Below, in pieces: positions 10,630 to 18,782 of a stretch of 28,928 nt of DNA. Under the pieces are notes generated by a model. That model saw only the letters and a list, made by a program, of their open reading frames with translations, made no database searches and was not told the origin of the DNA. Source of the DNA: an uncultured Chloroflexia bacterium (GTDB taxonomy: Bacteria; Chloroflexota; Limnocylindria; Limnocylindrales; CSP1-4); contig CAVVYR010000023.1 of assembly GCA_963752475.1 (NCBI GenBank), forward strand, positions 1-28,928, read 5' to 3'. Each line of letters opens with the position of its first letter. Position 1 is the first letter of the stretch. A program made the position numbers and the translations under genes.

Positions 10630-11057
10630 GGTCCGGGCTCCCAGTCGGGCTCGGCCAGCTCGAAGCCGGTGAAGTCGAAGCCCGGCGAAACGGTGCAGCC
10701 CACGAGCGTCCAGGCCCCGAGGGGCTCGGCCGTCTGCCAGTCTCCCGCGGGCACGACGAGCTGTGGTCGATGATCGGCACCCAGATCAGGCCCGAGGATG
10801 TGGCGCTCAGCAGGTGCATCGCCGGACCCCGACGCGATCGAGAGCGCAAGGGGGTCACCCGCGTAGTAGTGCCAGACCTCGGCCGCATCGACACGGTGCC
10901 AGTGGGAACGCTCACCGGCGCGCAGGAGGTAGTAGATGGCCGTGCCCGCTGGCCGCTCCCCTGCCCCTGCTTCGGCTCGCCAAGTCTCAGCGTAGTGCCC
11001 GCCCTCGGGGTGTGGTCGGAGCCCCAGCTCGGTGATGATCTCGTGGGGGTCTCGCAT
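10626..11057 (-). CDS. Cupin_5 (DUF985, YML079w-like) protein
   Basis: LGLRPHPEGGHYAET, TAIYYLL, SHWHRV..AEVWHYYAG, PQLVVPAGDWQ, LVGCTVSPGFDFTGFEL. Confidence 0.9.
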   Translation of the reverse strand: MRDPHEIITELGLRPHPEGGHYAETWRAEAGAGERPAGTAIYYLLRAGERSHWHRVDAAEVWHYYAGDPLALSIASGSGDAPAERHILGPDLGADHRPQLVVPAGDWQTAEPLGAWTLVGCTVSPGFDFTGFELAEPDWEPGP

Positions 11058-11109
11058 GGACCAAGCCTAGCCCGATGGGCTGGACACGGCGTGTAGTGTG
11101 AGTCGGCCC

Positions 11110-12417
11110 ATGACGAGTCCCCCCGCCAACGGACACACCGCCGGCCAGATCCAGCGTGTCTACCTGCTGCTGACGCTGCTGACCACGCTGGCCGCCTCGT
11201 TCATCTGGGGCGTCAACACGCTCTTCCTGCTCGATGCCGGGCTCAGCAACACCGAGGCCTTCGCGGCCAACGCCTTCTTCAGCGTCGGCATGGTCATCTT
11301 CGAGGTCCCGACCGGCGTCATCGCCGACACCCGCGGCCGACGCCTCTCGTTCATGCTCGGTGCCGGCACGCTGCTGCTCTCGACGCTGCTGTACCTCGTG
11401 ATGTGGCAGGTCTCGGCGCCGTTCGTGGGCTGGGCGCTGGCCTCGATCCTGCTCGGCCTCGGCTTCACCTTCTTCAGCGGCGCGACGGAGGCCTGGCTGG
11501 TAGACGCGCTCGGCGCGACGGGCTTCAAGGGCAACCTCGAGACGGTCTTCGGCCGTGGCCAGACGATCGCCGGTGTGGCCATGCTGAGCGGCTCAGTGCT
11601 CGGTGGCGTGGTGGCCCAGATGAGCAACCTCGGCGTGCCTTACGTGTTGCGCGCGATCTTGCTCGGCGTAGCGCTGCTGGCCGCGTTCTGGTTCATGCGC
11701 GACCTGGGCTTCAAGCCCAAGACCGACGTGAGCACGCGGGAAGCGCTGGGCGACATCACGCGCGGCTCCATCGACGGCGGGCTGCGCAATCGGCCCGTGC
11801 GCTGGATGATGCTGGCCGCGCCGTTCACCGGCGGCATCGGCATCTATGCGTTCTACGCCATGCAGCCCTACCTGCTCGAGCTCTACGGCGACCCTAACGC
11901 CTACTCCATCGCTGGCCTGGCTGCGGCCATCGTGGCCGGTGCCCAGATCATGGGCGGCCTGTCGGTACCCATCGCGCGGCGCTTCTTCAACCTGCGCACG
12001 AACGCCATCTTCCTGGCGGTGGCGCTGGAGTCGATCATCCTCGTGGCCATCGCCGTCGTCGGCTTCAATATGGACGACATGGGCATGACCGCCTTCTACC
12101 TGGCCATCGCGCTGCTCGTGGCCTGGGCCCTGGTAGCCGCCATCGCGGGACCGATCCGCCAAGCCTTCCTCAACGGCGTCATCCCCTCCGAGCAGCGCGC
12201 GACGGTGCTCTCGTTCGACTCCCTGATGAGCTCGCTCGGCGGCGTCGTGGCGCAGCCTGCTCTGGGACGCGTGGCCGACATGTCCGGCTACGCGGCGTCG
12301 TACATGGTCTCCGGTGCGGTCAGCGCGCTGGCGCTGCCGTTCATCTTCATGGCCAAGCGCGAGGGGGCTCCGTCCGACCCCATCGACGTCCTGGAACCCA
12401 CCTCCTCGGAGGGCTGA
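11110..12417 (+). CDS. MFS transporter
   Basis: About 12 hydrophobic segments; FEVPTGVIADTRGRR (MFS motif A), SGATEAWLVD, IPSEQRATVLSF. Alternative GTG start at 11098. Confidence 0.9.
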   Translation: MTSPPANGHTAGQIQRVYLLLTLLTTLAASFIWGVNTLFLLDAGLSNTEAFAANAFFSVGMVIFEVPTGVIADTRGRRLSFMLGAGTLLLSTLLYLVMWQVSAPFVGWALASILLGLGFTFFSGATEAWLVDALGATGFKGNLETVFGRGQTIAGVAMLSGSVLGGVVAQMSNLGVPYVLRAILLGVALLAAFWFMRDLGFKPKTDVSTREALGDITRGSIDGGLRNRPVRWMMLAAPFTGGIGIYAFYAMQPYLLELYGDPNAYSIAGLAAAIVAGAQIMGGLSVPIARRFFNLRTNAIFLAVALESIILVAIAVVGFNMDDMGMTAFYLAIALLVAWALVAAIAGPIRQAFLNGVIPSEQRATVLSFDSLMSSLGGVVAQPALGRVADMSGYAASYMVSGAVSALALPFIFMAKREGAPSDPIDVLEPTSSEG

Positions 12418-12429
12418 GCCCGCGGCCGG

Positions 12430-12795
12430 TCAGGGCGTGTTGGGATGCTTCTCGGCCGCTTCACGAACGTAGGCGGTGACAAGCTCGGCATCCACATCCT
12501 GGGCTCTCTGGTAGTCCGCCTGAGCGGCGGTGCTGGTGCCGACACGCAGGACCCCGGCGGGGTCATCCAGCTCCGTGCCGTAGAGGAAGCGCAGGTTGAC
12601 CGTCGCCTTGGAGACACCGATAGCCACGACCCACTCGTGCCATCGCTGTGCGAACGTGTAGACGAGCATCTTGTAGGTGAGCTTGCAGTCGAGGTCGATA
12701 CCGGCAGCATCGATGGCGGCGGCGAGGGCACGGACGGTCCCGCGTGCATCCTCACGTACGGTCGGCAGATAGGCTTCGAGCAGGGTTTCAGCCAT
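12430..12795 (-). CDS. DUF1801 (YdhG-like) domain protein
   Basis: Small protein with VNLRFLYGTELDDPAGVL and C-terminal LVTAYVREAA. Its ATG overlaps the stop of the upstream PNP gene. Confidence 0.65.
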   Translation of the reverse strand: MAETLLEAYLPTVREDARGTVRALAAAIDAAGIDLDCKLTYKMLVYTFAQRWHEWVVAIGVSKATVNLRFLYGTELDDPAGVLRVGTSTAAQADYQRAQDVDAELVTAYVREAAEKHPNTP

Positions 12796-13612
12796 CGGCC
12801 AGCACCGGGATGGCGGCACGCAGGATGGTGCGGTAGTCAGCGTGCGCTCGGTGGGTCATGTCCAGCACGGGACCAAGATCGATGGGCGGCCCGATACCGG
12901 CCGACATCGTCGAGACGAACGTGAAGGCCACGACCCTCATGCCCGCGTGGTAGCCGGCCATGACCTCCGGCAGGAACGAGTTCGAGGAGATAGAGCAGCC
13001 GGCCATCTGCGCCAGGCTGATCTCGGCCGGTGTCTCGAAGCTGGGGCCGGTCCAGTAGCCGGCGACGCCGGTAGGGAAGGGCACGCCGGCAGCCTCGACC
13101 GCGGCGACCACACGGCTCGTTAGCCTTGCTTCGTAGAGTTCGGCCATCGAGACGTAGGGCGTGTCCCATCCCTGGCCGTAGCGCTCGACTGACAGCGGGT
13201 TGAAGCCACTGAAGTTGATGTGGTCGGTGAAGGCCAGGAACGAGCCCGGGGTCACGTCCTCCCGCATCGAGCCGGAGTTGGCCGAGTAGAGCAGCGTGCG
13301 ACAGCCGGCACGGGCCAGCGCGCGCGCGGGCAGGCCGCTCTCCTGCCAGGTGGCGTCGTCGCAGGGCAGGACCTTGGCCTTGACAGCGGCGACGGTCACA
13401 CCGTCCAGCTCGCCGACATCGACCTCGTTGACGTGGTCGGGGATTGCGCTGGGGCGGAAGCCCAGATCCGCGAAGGGGATCGTCACGCGACCCTCGAGGA
13501 TGTCGGTGCAGGGGGCGAAGCCGGTGCCGCAGATGACGCCGACCGCCGGTGCACGTCCAGCACGCTCGCAGATGGTGGCGGCTGCCTCGTCGGCAGCGGC
13601 TCGAGTGTCCAT
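12788..13612 (-). CDS. Purine nucleoside phosphorylase family (PunA/XapA-like) protein with divergent active site
   Basis: VGVICGTG, TDHINFSGFNPL, GPSFETPAEI, PEV..A.HAGMRVVAF. Fold motifs are clear, but several catalytic motifs are altered. Confidence 0.8.
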   Translation of the reverse strand: MDTRAAADEAAATICERAGRAPAVGVICGTGFAPCTDILEGRVTIPFADLGFRPSAIPDHVNEVDVGELDGVTVAAVKAKVLPCDDATWQESGLPARALARAGCRTLLYSANSGSMREDVTPGSFLAFTDHINFSGFNPLSVERYGQGWDTPYVSMAELYEARLTSRVVAAVEAAGVPFPTGVAGYWTGPSFETPAEISLAQMAGCSISSNSFLPEVMAGYHAGMRVVAFTFVSTMSAGIGPPIDLGPVLDMTHRAHADYRTILRAAIPVLADG

Positions 13613-13650
13613 GGCTTCAGCATAGGGCCCGCGAGGCCCACCCGATCACC

Positions 13651-13680
13651 TTGCCGCTGCACCTGCCGCGAACGTAGACT
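13651..13680 (+). promoter_or_regulatory. Sigma70-type promoter for the ABC operon
   Basis: TTGCCG-N18-TAGACT upstream of SD GGAGG and GTG 13712. Confidence 0.5.
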
Positions 13681-13711
13681 CAGAGCGGCTACGCGTGTAC
13701 GGAGGTTCGTC

Positions 13712-15340
13712 GTGAAAAGGTTGCTCTCTTCCCTGCTGCTCAGCATCGTGCTGGCGGCCGCCATACTCCCATCGGTCGTCGTGTCGGCGGAGGGCGTCGA
13801 GCCACAGCACGGCGGACGCCTGGAGCTCGTGGCTGCCAACGACCTCATCACGCTCGACAACAGCCAGGTGCTGGATCTCGACTACAACATGGTCGCGGGC
13901 GCGCTGTACGAGGGCTTGTATCACTTCAACCCCGAGGGTGAGCTCGAAGCCGCCTTGGCCGACGGGATGCCGGAGGTCTCCGAGGATGGCCTCGTATACA
14001 CCTTCAAGCTCAAGCCCGGTGCGATGTTCGCTGGCCCGGACTTCGAACCGCGCGAGGTGACCGCAGCCGATGTGGCCTACGGCATGGAGCGCGCACTGAG
14101 CCCTGCCCCAGTGGGGGCGCCCGCCCCGTCGTGGGGTAGTGGCTACCTCTTCCCCATCAAGGGCGCGGCGGCGTTCAACGCCGGCGAGGCCGACTCGGTC
14201 GAGGGCCTCAAGGTCATCGACGATCGAACCCTCGAGGTCACGCTCGAGGCGCCCACGACCACGTTCCTGCTGGGCCTGACCATCGCCACCAGCTGGCCTG
14301 TGCCGCGGGAGGCGGTGGCAGAGCGCGGCGAGGACTTCGGCAACAGCCCTGTCGGCGCCGGGCCCTTCTACGTGGCCGAGTGGAACAAGGGCTCGGACAT
14401 CACCATCGTGCGCAACCCCGGCTACGTCGATCCGGAGCTGCCGTACCTCGATGAGATCTTCGTCGACCTGGGCGTGGACGAAAACACACAGAAGCTGCGT
14501 CTCGAGACGGGCGAGACCGACGGCGTCTTCGACCAGTTCGCGCTCTCGCCACAGTCGCTGCGTGAGCTCGAGGATGCACCCGGCGTGACGCTCGTCGACT
14601 CCGTCGGCCCGCGCATCTTCTACCTCGCGCTCAACAACGACGGCATCTTCGCGGACAAGGATCTGCGGCAGGCCGTGGCCCACGCCATGACCACCGACTT
14701 CACCGTCCGCTTCGGTGGCCTGGCCAAGCCCTGGAACCAGCTCATCAGCTCCACCTCGGTGCAGTCCGATCCGGAGGGGACCGTTACCTATGCTCACGAT
14801 CCGGAGGCTGCGGCGGCGCTGCTGGAGTCGGTGGGCTACGACGGCAGCCCGGTCAAGGTGGTCTACGACGTCACCGATCCGTACACCACGCAGAACGCCA
14901 CGGCCCTGACCCAGGACCTGGAGGCTGTCGGGTTCACGGTCGAGCTCATCGGCTTGCAGAAGGGCGAGTTCTACAACGCCATCTACGACCCCGCAGCCTT
15001 CGACATCTCGTCGACGTACTGGAGCGCGGACTATCCCGACGCGCAAGACTTCATCTCGACGAACTTCATCTGCGACACGATCGACGTGCTCAACATCTCG
15101 CGCTTCTGCGACGAGGCCATCGACGAGGCCTTCTTCGCCACCGAATCGATGGAGTTCGGCCCTGAGCGTGATGCGGCACTCCTCGACGTCCAGCAGCGGC
15201 TCATCGACGAGCTGGCCGGCATCCCGGTGATGGAGGTCACGCCCAAGTCCGTCTTCACCGAGCGCGTCGGAGACATCCCCACCATCGCCACTTACGCGCC
15301 CTTCTTCTGGGCCGAGGCCTGGGTGAAGGCAGACGCCTGA
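13712..15340 (+). CDS. ABC transporter substrate-binding protein, family 5 (Dpp/Opp/Nik-like)
   Basis: Signal peptide, LYEGLY, VSEDGLVYTFKLKPG, VTAADVAY, PVGAGPF, RNPGY, YWSADYPDA. SD GGAGG before the GTG. Confidence 0.92.
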   Translation: MKRLLSSLLLSIVLAAAILPSVVVSAEGVEPQHGGRLELVAANDLITLDNSQVLDLDYNMVAGALYEGLYHFNPEGELEAALADGMPEVSEDGLVYTFKLKPGAMFAGPDFEPREVTAADVAYGMERALSPAPVGAPAPSWGSGYLFPIKGAAAFNAGEADSVEGLKVIDDRTLEVTLEAPTTTFLLGLTIATSWPVPREAVAERGEDFGNSPVGAGPFYVAEWNKGSDITIVRNPGYVDPELPYLDEIFVDLGVDENTQKLRLETGETDGVFDQFALSPQSLRELEDAPGVTLVDSVGPRIFYLALNNDGIFADKDLRQAVAHAMTTDFTVRFGGLAKPWNQLISSTSVQSDPEGTVTYAHDPEAAAALLESVGYDGSPVKVVYDVTDPYTTQNATALTQDLEAVGFTVELIGLQKGEFYNAIYDPAAFDISSTYWSADYPDAQDFISTNFICDTIDVLNISRFCDEAIDEAFFATESMEFGPERDAALLDVQQRLIDELAGIPVMEVTPKSVFTERVGDIPTIATYAPFFWAEAWVKADA

Positions 15341-15353
15341 TCCTCAAGGGTCC

Positions 15354-16334
15354 GTGACCACGGCCCTACCGATGACAGCGCCTCTGCTGGCCGTCGAGGG
15401 CCTGTGGGTCACGTCGGCGGCCGGCGACATCCTGCGGGGGGTCGACCTGTCCGTGCCCCGAGGCAGCGTGGTGGGCGTGGTGGGCGAGTCCGGCTGCGGC
15501 AAGTCCACGCTCGGTCTGGCGGTGCTCGGGCTGCTGGGGCGTACGCGGGAGATCAGTGGCGGCGAGATCCGGCTCGATGGCGAGCGCATCGGCGCGCCCG
15601 GTTTCGATGGCACGGCCGGGCTGAGGGGTACGCGCGTCAGCTTCGTGCCCCAAGATCCGTTCCGCTCCTTCGACCCGCTGCGCCGTGTCGGTCCGCAGGT
15701 CCGGCGCCCGCTGGAGCTGCATCGCGGTCTGTCCGCCGGCGAAGCCGACCTTCGAGTCACAGATCTGCTGTCCCGCCTGGGCGTGGCGGAGCCCGAAGGC
15801 GTCATGGGCCGCTACCCGCACGAGCTCTCGGGCGGGCTGCTGCAGCGAGCGACCATCGCCACCGCCCTCTCTTGTGAGCCGGAGCTGGTCATCGCCGACG
15901 AGCCCACGACCGCGCTGGACGCCCTGGTGCAGGTCCAGGTCATCGATTCGTTCCTGCCGCTGGTGCGAGAGCTCGGTACGAGCGTCGTGGTCATCACCCA
16001 CGACCTGCGGCTTCTGGAGCGCATGGCCGACCACATCGCGGCGATGTACGCCGGCCGGATGGTGGAGTTCGGACCGGCCGCACGGTTGCTGCGTGAGCCC
16101 CGGCACCCGTATCCGGCTGCGCTGCTGGAGTCGTCCGTTCGGGCCGCCCGGCCCGGAGAGCGACTGCAGGTCATCGAGGGTCAGCCGCCGACGCTGCCAG
16201 GGACGTTCTCCGCCTGCGCCTTCGCGCCCCGGTGTCCGGCGGCGCAGCAGCGCTGTCTCGACGAGGAGCCGCGCTACGACTGGCCGGCCGACGAGGGCGT
16301 CGCCTGCCACTTCCCGTTGGAGCGCGGCTCGTGA
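15354..16334 (+). CDS. Peptide/nickel ABC transporter ATP-binding protein (DppD/OppD-like)
   Basis: GESGCGKS, YPHELSGG, IADEPTTALD, ITHD, PRHPY, C-terminal CAFAPRC..C..VACH. Confidence 0.93.
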   Translation: MTTALPMTAPLLAVEGLWVTSAAGDILRGVDLSVPRGSVVGVVGESGCGKSTLGLAVLGLLGRTREISGGEIRLDGERIGAPGFDGTAGLRGTRVSFVPQDPFRSFDPLRRVGPQVRRPLELHRGLSAGEADLRVTDLLSRLGVAEPEGVMGRYPHELSGGLLQRATIATALSCEPELVIADEPTTALDALVQVQVIDSFLPLVRELGTSVVVITHDLRLLERMADHIAAMYAGRMVEFGPAARLLREPRHPYPAALLESSVRAARPGERLQVIEGQPPTLPGTFSACAFAPRCPAAQQRCLDEEPRYDWPADEGVACHFPLERGS

Positions 16335-17197
16335 TCGGCCCGACGCCGATTCCGGCGCCCGCTGCGACACCCGCGGGCGAGCCTCGGCCGTGGGGCCTGT
16401 GGATCGGCGCGGGGATGCTGTTCGTGCTCGTGGCGCTGGTGGTCCTCTACCCACTGCTGTCGCCGGTCGACCCGACATACGAGTCGCTCGATGGTCTGAC
16501 CGAATTCGGCGAACCCCTGCCCGTCGCAGCCGACGGCTATCCACTCGGTACCGACCCACGAGGACGGGACATGCTCGCGCGCACGATCCACGCCGGCGGC
16601 CTGACGATGCTGACCGCGCTCTCGGCCGTGGCCATCGCCACCCTCGCGGGTGTGGCCGTGGGACTCCTGGCCGCCAACACGAAGCGCTTCGCGGGATCGG
16701 TCCTGATGCGCTTCACCGACCTCGGCCTGGCCATCCCCGGGCTGCTGCTCGCGGCATCGTTCTCGACCATCCTCGGCCGCGGCACGCTCTCGCTGATCGT
16801 CGGCCTCGCGGCCGTCTTCTGGGCACCCATCGCTCGTGTCACGTACGGGCAGGCGGTCGTGCTTCGGGAGCGGAACTACGTGGAGGCGGCACGTGTCATG
16901 GGCGGCGGGGCCAGCACGGTGCTGCTACGTCACATCCTGCCTCACCTGTTGCCCGTGGTCGGCGCCTATGCCGCGCTCTCGGTGGGCTGGGCGGTGCTCT
17001 TCGAGTCGGCGCTGGGGTTCCTCGGCGCGGGCGTGCAGGAGCCAGAGGCGTCGATCGGCTCGATGCTTGAGGCGCATCGCAGCTACTACCGCAGCCACCC
17101 GGCGCTGATCATCATCCCCGCGGTCTTCCTGGCCGTGCTGGTGATGGCCGCCAACCTCGTGGGTGAGGCGTTGCGCACGCGGACCGAGGAACGCTGA
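16331..17197 (+). CDS. Peptide ABC transporter permease (DppC/OppC-like)
   Basis: PLGTDPRGRDMLAR, YVEAARVMGG..RHILP (EAA loop), ESALGFLG. GTGA overlap with the upstream gene. Confidence 0.92.
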   Translation: MIGPTPIPAPAATPAGEPRPWGLWIGAGMLFVLVALVVLYPLLSPVDPTYESLDGLTEFGEPLPVAADGYPLGTDPRGRDMLARTIHAGGLTMLTALSAVAIATLAGVAVGLLAANTKRFAGSVLMRFTDLGLAIPGLLLAASFSTILGRGTLSLIVGLAAVFWAPIARVTYGQAVVLRERNYVEAARVMGGGASTVLLRHILPHLLPVVGAYAALSVGWAVLFESALGFLGAGVQEPEASIGSMLEAHRSYYRSHPALIIIPAVFLAVLVMAANLVGEALRTRTEER

Positions 17198-18117
17198 TGG
17201 GCTGGTATATCGCGCGACGGCTGGCTGCGGCGCTGATCACGGTCTGGATCGTGGCCACAGCCGGATTCCTGCTCGTGGAACTCATCCCCGGCGACCCCGC
17301 CCGGCAGCTCGCCGGCCCTGGAGCGTCCGCCGAGACTCTGGCCAGCATCCGCGAGGCCTACGGATTCGACGATCCGCTGCCGGTGCGATACGTCGAGGCG
17401 ATGGCGCGCATGGCGCAGGGCGACCTCGGCTACAGCTTCGCCAAGGCGGAGCCGGTGACCGATGCGCTCCTGCGTTCGCTGCCGACGACGCTACTGCTGA
17501 CCGGTCTGGCCTTCCTGGTGGAGGTGCTCATCGCCATCCCGCTCGCCCTCTGGGTCGTCAGCCGTGGCGGGTTCGTCGACCGCCTGCTGGTGATCCTGGC
17601 CGGCTTCACCGCGGCCATCCCGGCCTTCCTGGTGGGCCTGCTGCTGATCTACGTCTTCGCCTTCCGGCTGCGCATCTTCCCCCTCGGCGGCGGTGGCTCA
17701 CCGGCGGCGTACATCCTGCCGGTGCTTACGCTGGGCATCCCCTTCGGGCTGGTGCTGGCGCGCTTGCTGCGCACGTCGCTCCTGGAGCAGCGCAGCCAGC
17801 CCTACGTCGCCTTCAGCGAGGCCATGGGTGAGTCGGCCTGGTCGGTGCGCTGGCGGCATTTGCTGCCCAACGCGTTGCTGCCGCTGCTGTCGATCCTGGC
17901 GCTGGACCTCGCGGGACTCTTCTCGAGCGTGGCCGTCGTCGAGGTGGCCTTCTCCATGCCGGGACTCGGGGCCGACCTGCTGCTCGGACTCAGGCGCCTC
18001 GATACCGCGCTCATCGTGGGCATCGGCATCATCGCCGGCCTGCTCGTCGCGTTCGTGAACCTGCTTGCGGACCTGGCCGTCATCGCCATCGACCCACGGG
18101 TACGACGGAGCACCTAG
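17197..18117 (+). CDS. Peptide ABC transporter permease (DppB/OppB-like)
   Basis: IPGDPA, YGFDDPLPVRY, GDLGYSF, RHLLPNA, VEVAFSMPGLG, NLLADL..IDPRV. Confidence 0.92.
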   Translation: MGWYIARRLAAALITVWIVATAGFLLVELIPGDPARQLAGPGASAETLASIREAYGFDDPLPVRYVEAMARMAQGDLGYSFAKAEPVTDALLRSLPTTLLLTGLAFLVEVLIAIPLALWVVSRGGFVDRLLVILAGFTAAIPAFLVGLLLIYVFAFRLRIFPLGGGGSPAAYILPVLTLGIPFGLVLARLLRTSLLEQRSQPYVAFSEAMGESAWSVRWRHLLPNALLPLLSILALDLAGLFSSVAVVEVAFSMPGLGADLLLGLRRLDTALIVGIGIIAGLLVAFVNLLADLAVIAIDPRVRRST

Positions 18118-18210
18118 CCGACCGGGCGACCAGGGCATCTCTGGTCGGCTGGGGCAGTCGGCCGCGCAGCGTCGCTTCTTTCGGCGCCCGGGGCGGCCCG
18201 GCCGGATCGT

Positions 18211-18371
18211 GTCGCCCCCATCGACGCCAGCAGCCGCTCGTGGCCGGTCGTCGCCCGTGGGGGCCGGCTGGATCGTGTCGTCCCCATCGACGCCAGCAGC
18301 CGCTCGTGGCCGGTCGTCGCCCCCATCGACGCCAGCACCCGCTCGTGGCCGGTCGTCGCCCCCATCGACGC
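18211..18371. repeat. 39-bp tandem repeat: three copies plus one partial
   Basis: GTCGCCCCCATCGACGCCAGCAGCCGCTCGTGGCCGGTC at 18211-18249, 18277-18315 and 18316-18354 (1 mismatch each versus the first copy), with a partial copy at 18355-18371. Confidence 0.95.
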
Positions 18372-18582
18372 TATCGGCCCATCCGGCCGGTTCCGGTGGT
18401 CAACCGTCGTGGGAGTCGACCGTAGTCGCACACCACGACCAGCTCACGTCTCCGAGCCACTCGCATCCGGCGTCGCCTATGCCCTGCCACGCTCAGCGCT
18501 GGTAGCCGGTCGTCCCGCGGACCCCGGATCGGTGGCTACGAGGGTGACTACGGTCGACTCCGACGACATCTGTCCACAGCGG
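18340..18582. repeat. Dispersed intergenic element, copy A (homologous to 27906-28147)
   Basis: Aligns by eye to 27906-28147 with a single 1-nt gap; the last 106 bp match at 72/106 without gaps. Internal 24-bp inverted repeat at 18406-18429 / 18544-18567 (22/24). Confidence 0.8.
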
Positions 18583-18609
18583 CACCGCGGGTAGGGTTCG
18601 CGAGGGAGG

Positions 18610-18782
18610 GCCTGGGCCGGTGCGCCCGGGCAGGTGCGTGTCACTGGGCGCCTGGGCAGGTGCGTTTCACTGGGCGCCTGGGCAGGTGCGCCTGGGCAGG
18701 TGCTGGGCGCCTGGGCCGGTGCGTTTCACTGGGCGCCCGGGCAGGTGCGCCTGGGCCGGTGCGTTTCACTGGGCGCCTGGGC
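18610..18782. repeat. Composite minisatellite overlapping the stop codon of the minus-strand ATPase
   Basis: Eight copies of GCCYGGGCMGGTGC (18610, 18624, 18650, 18676, 18690, 18709, 18735, 18749) interleaved with four GTKTCACTGGGC (18638, 18664, 18723, 18763). Confidence 0.95.

Noticed and set aside
13646-15046. Long antisense ORFs opposite real genes (here and throughout the window)
   Set aside because: Expected shadow ORFs in high-GC coding DNA.
18211-18782. Possible CRISPR array
   Set aside because: The repeats are directly tandem without regular unique spacers, and there are no cas genes in the window.
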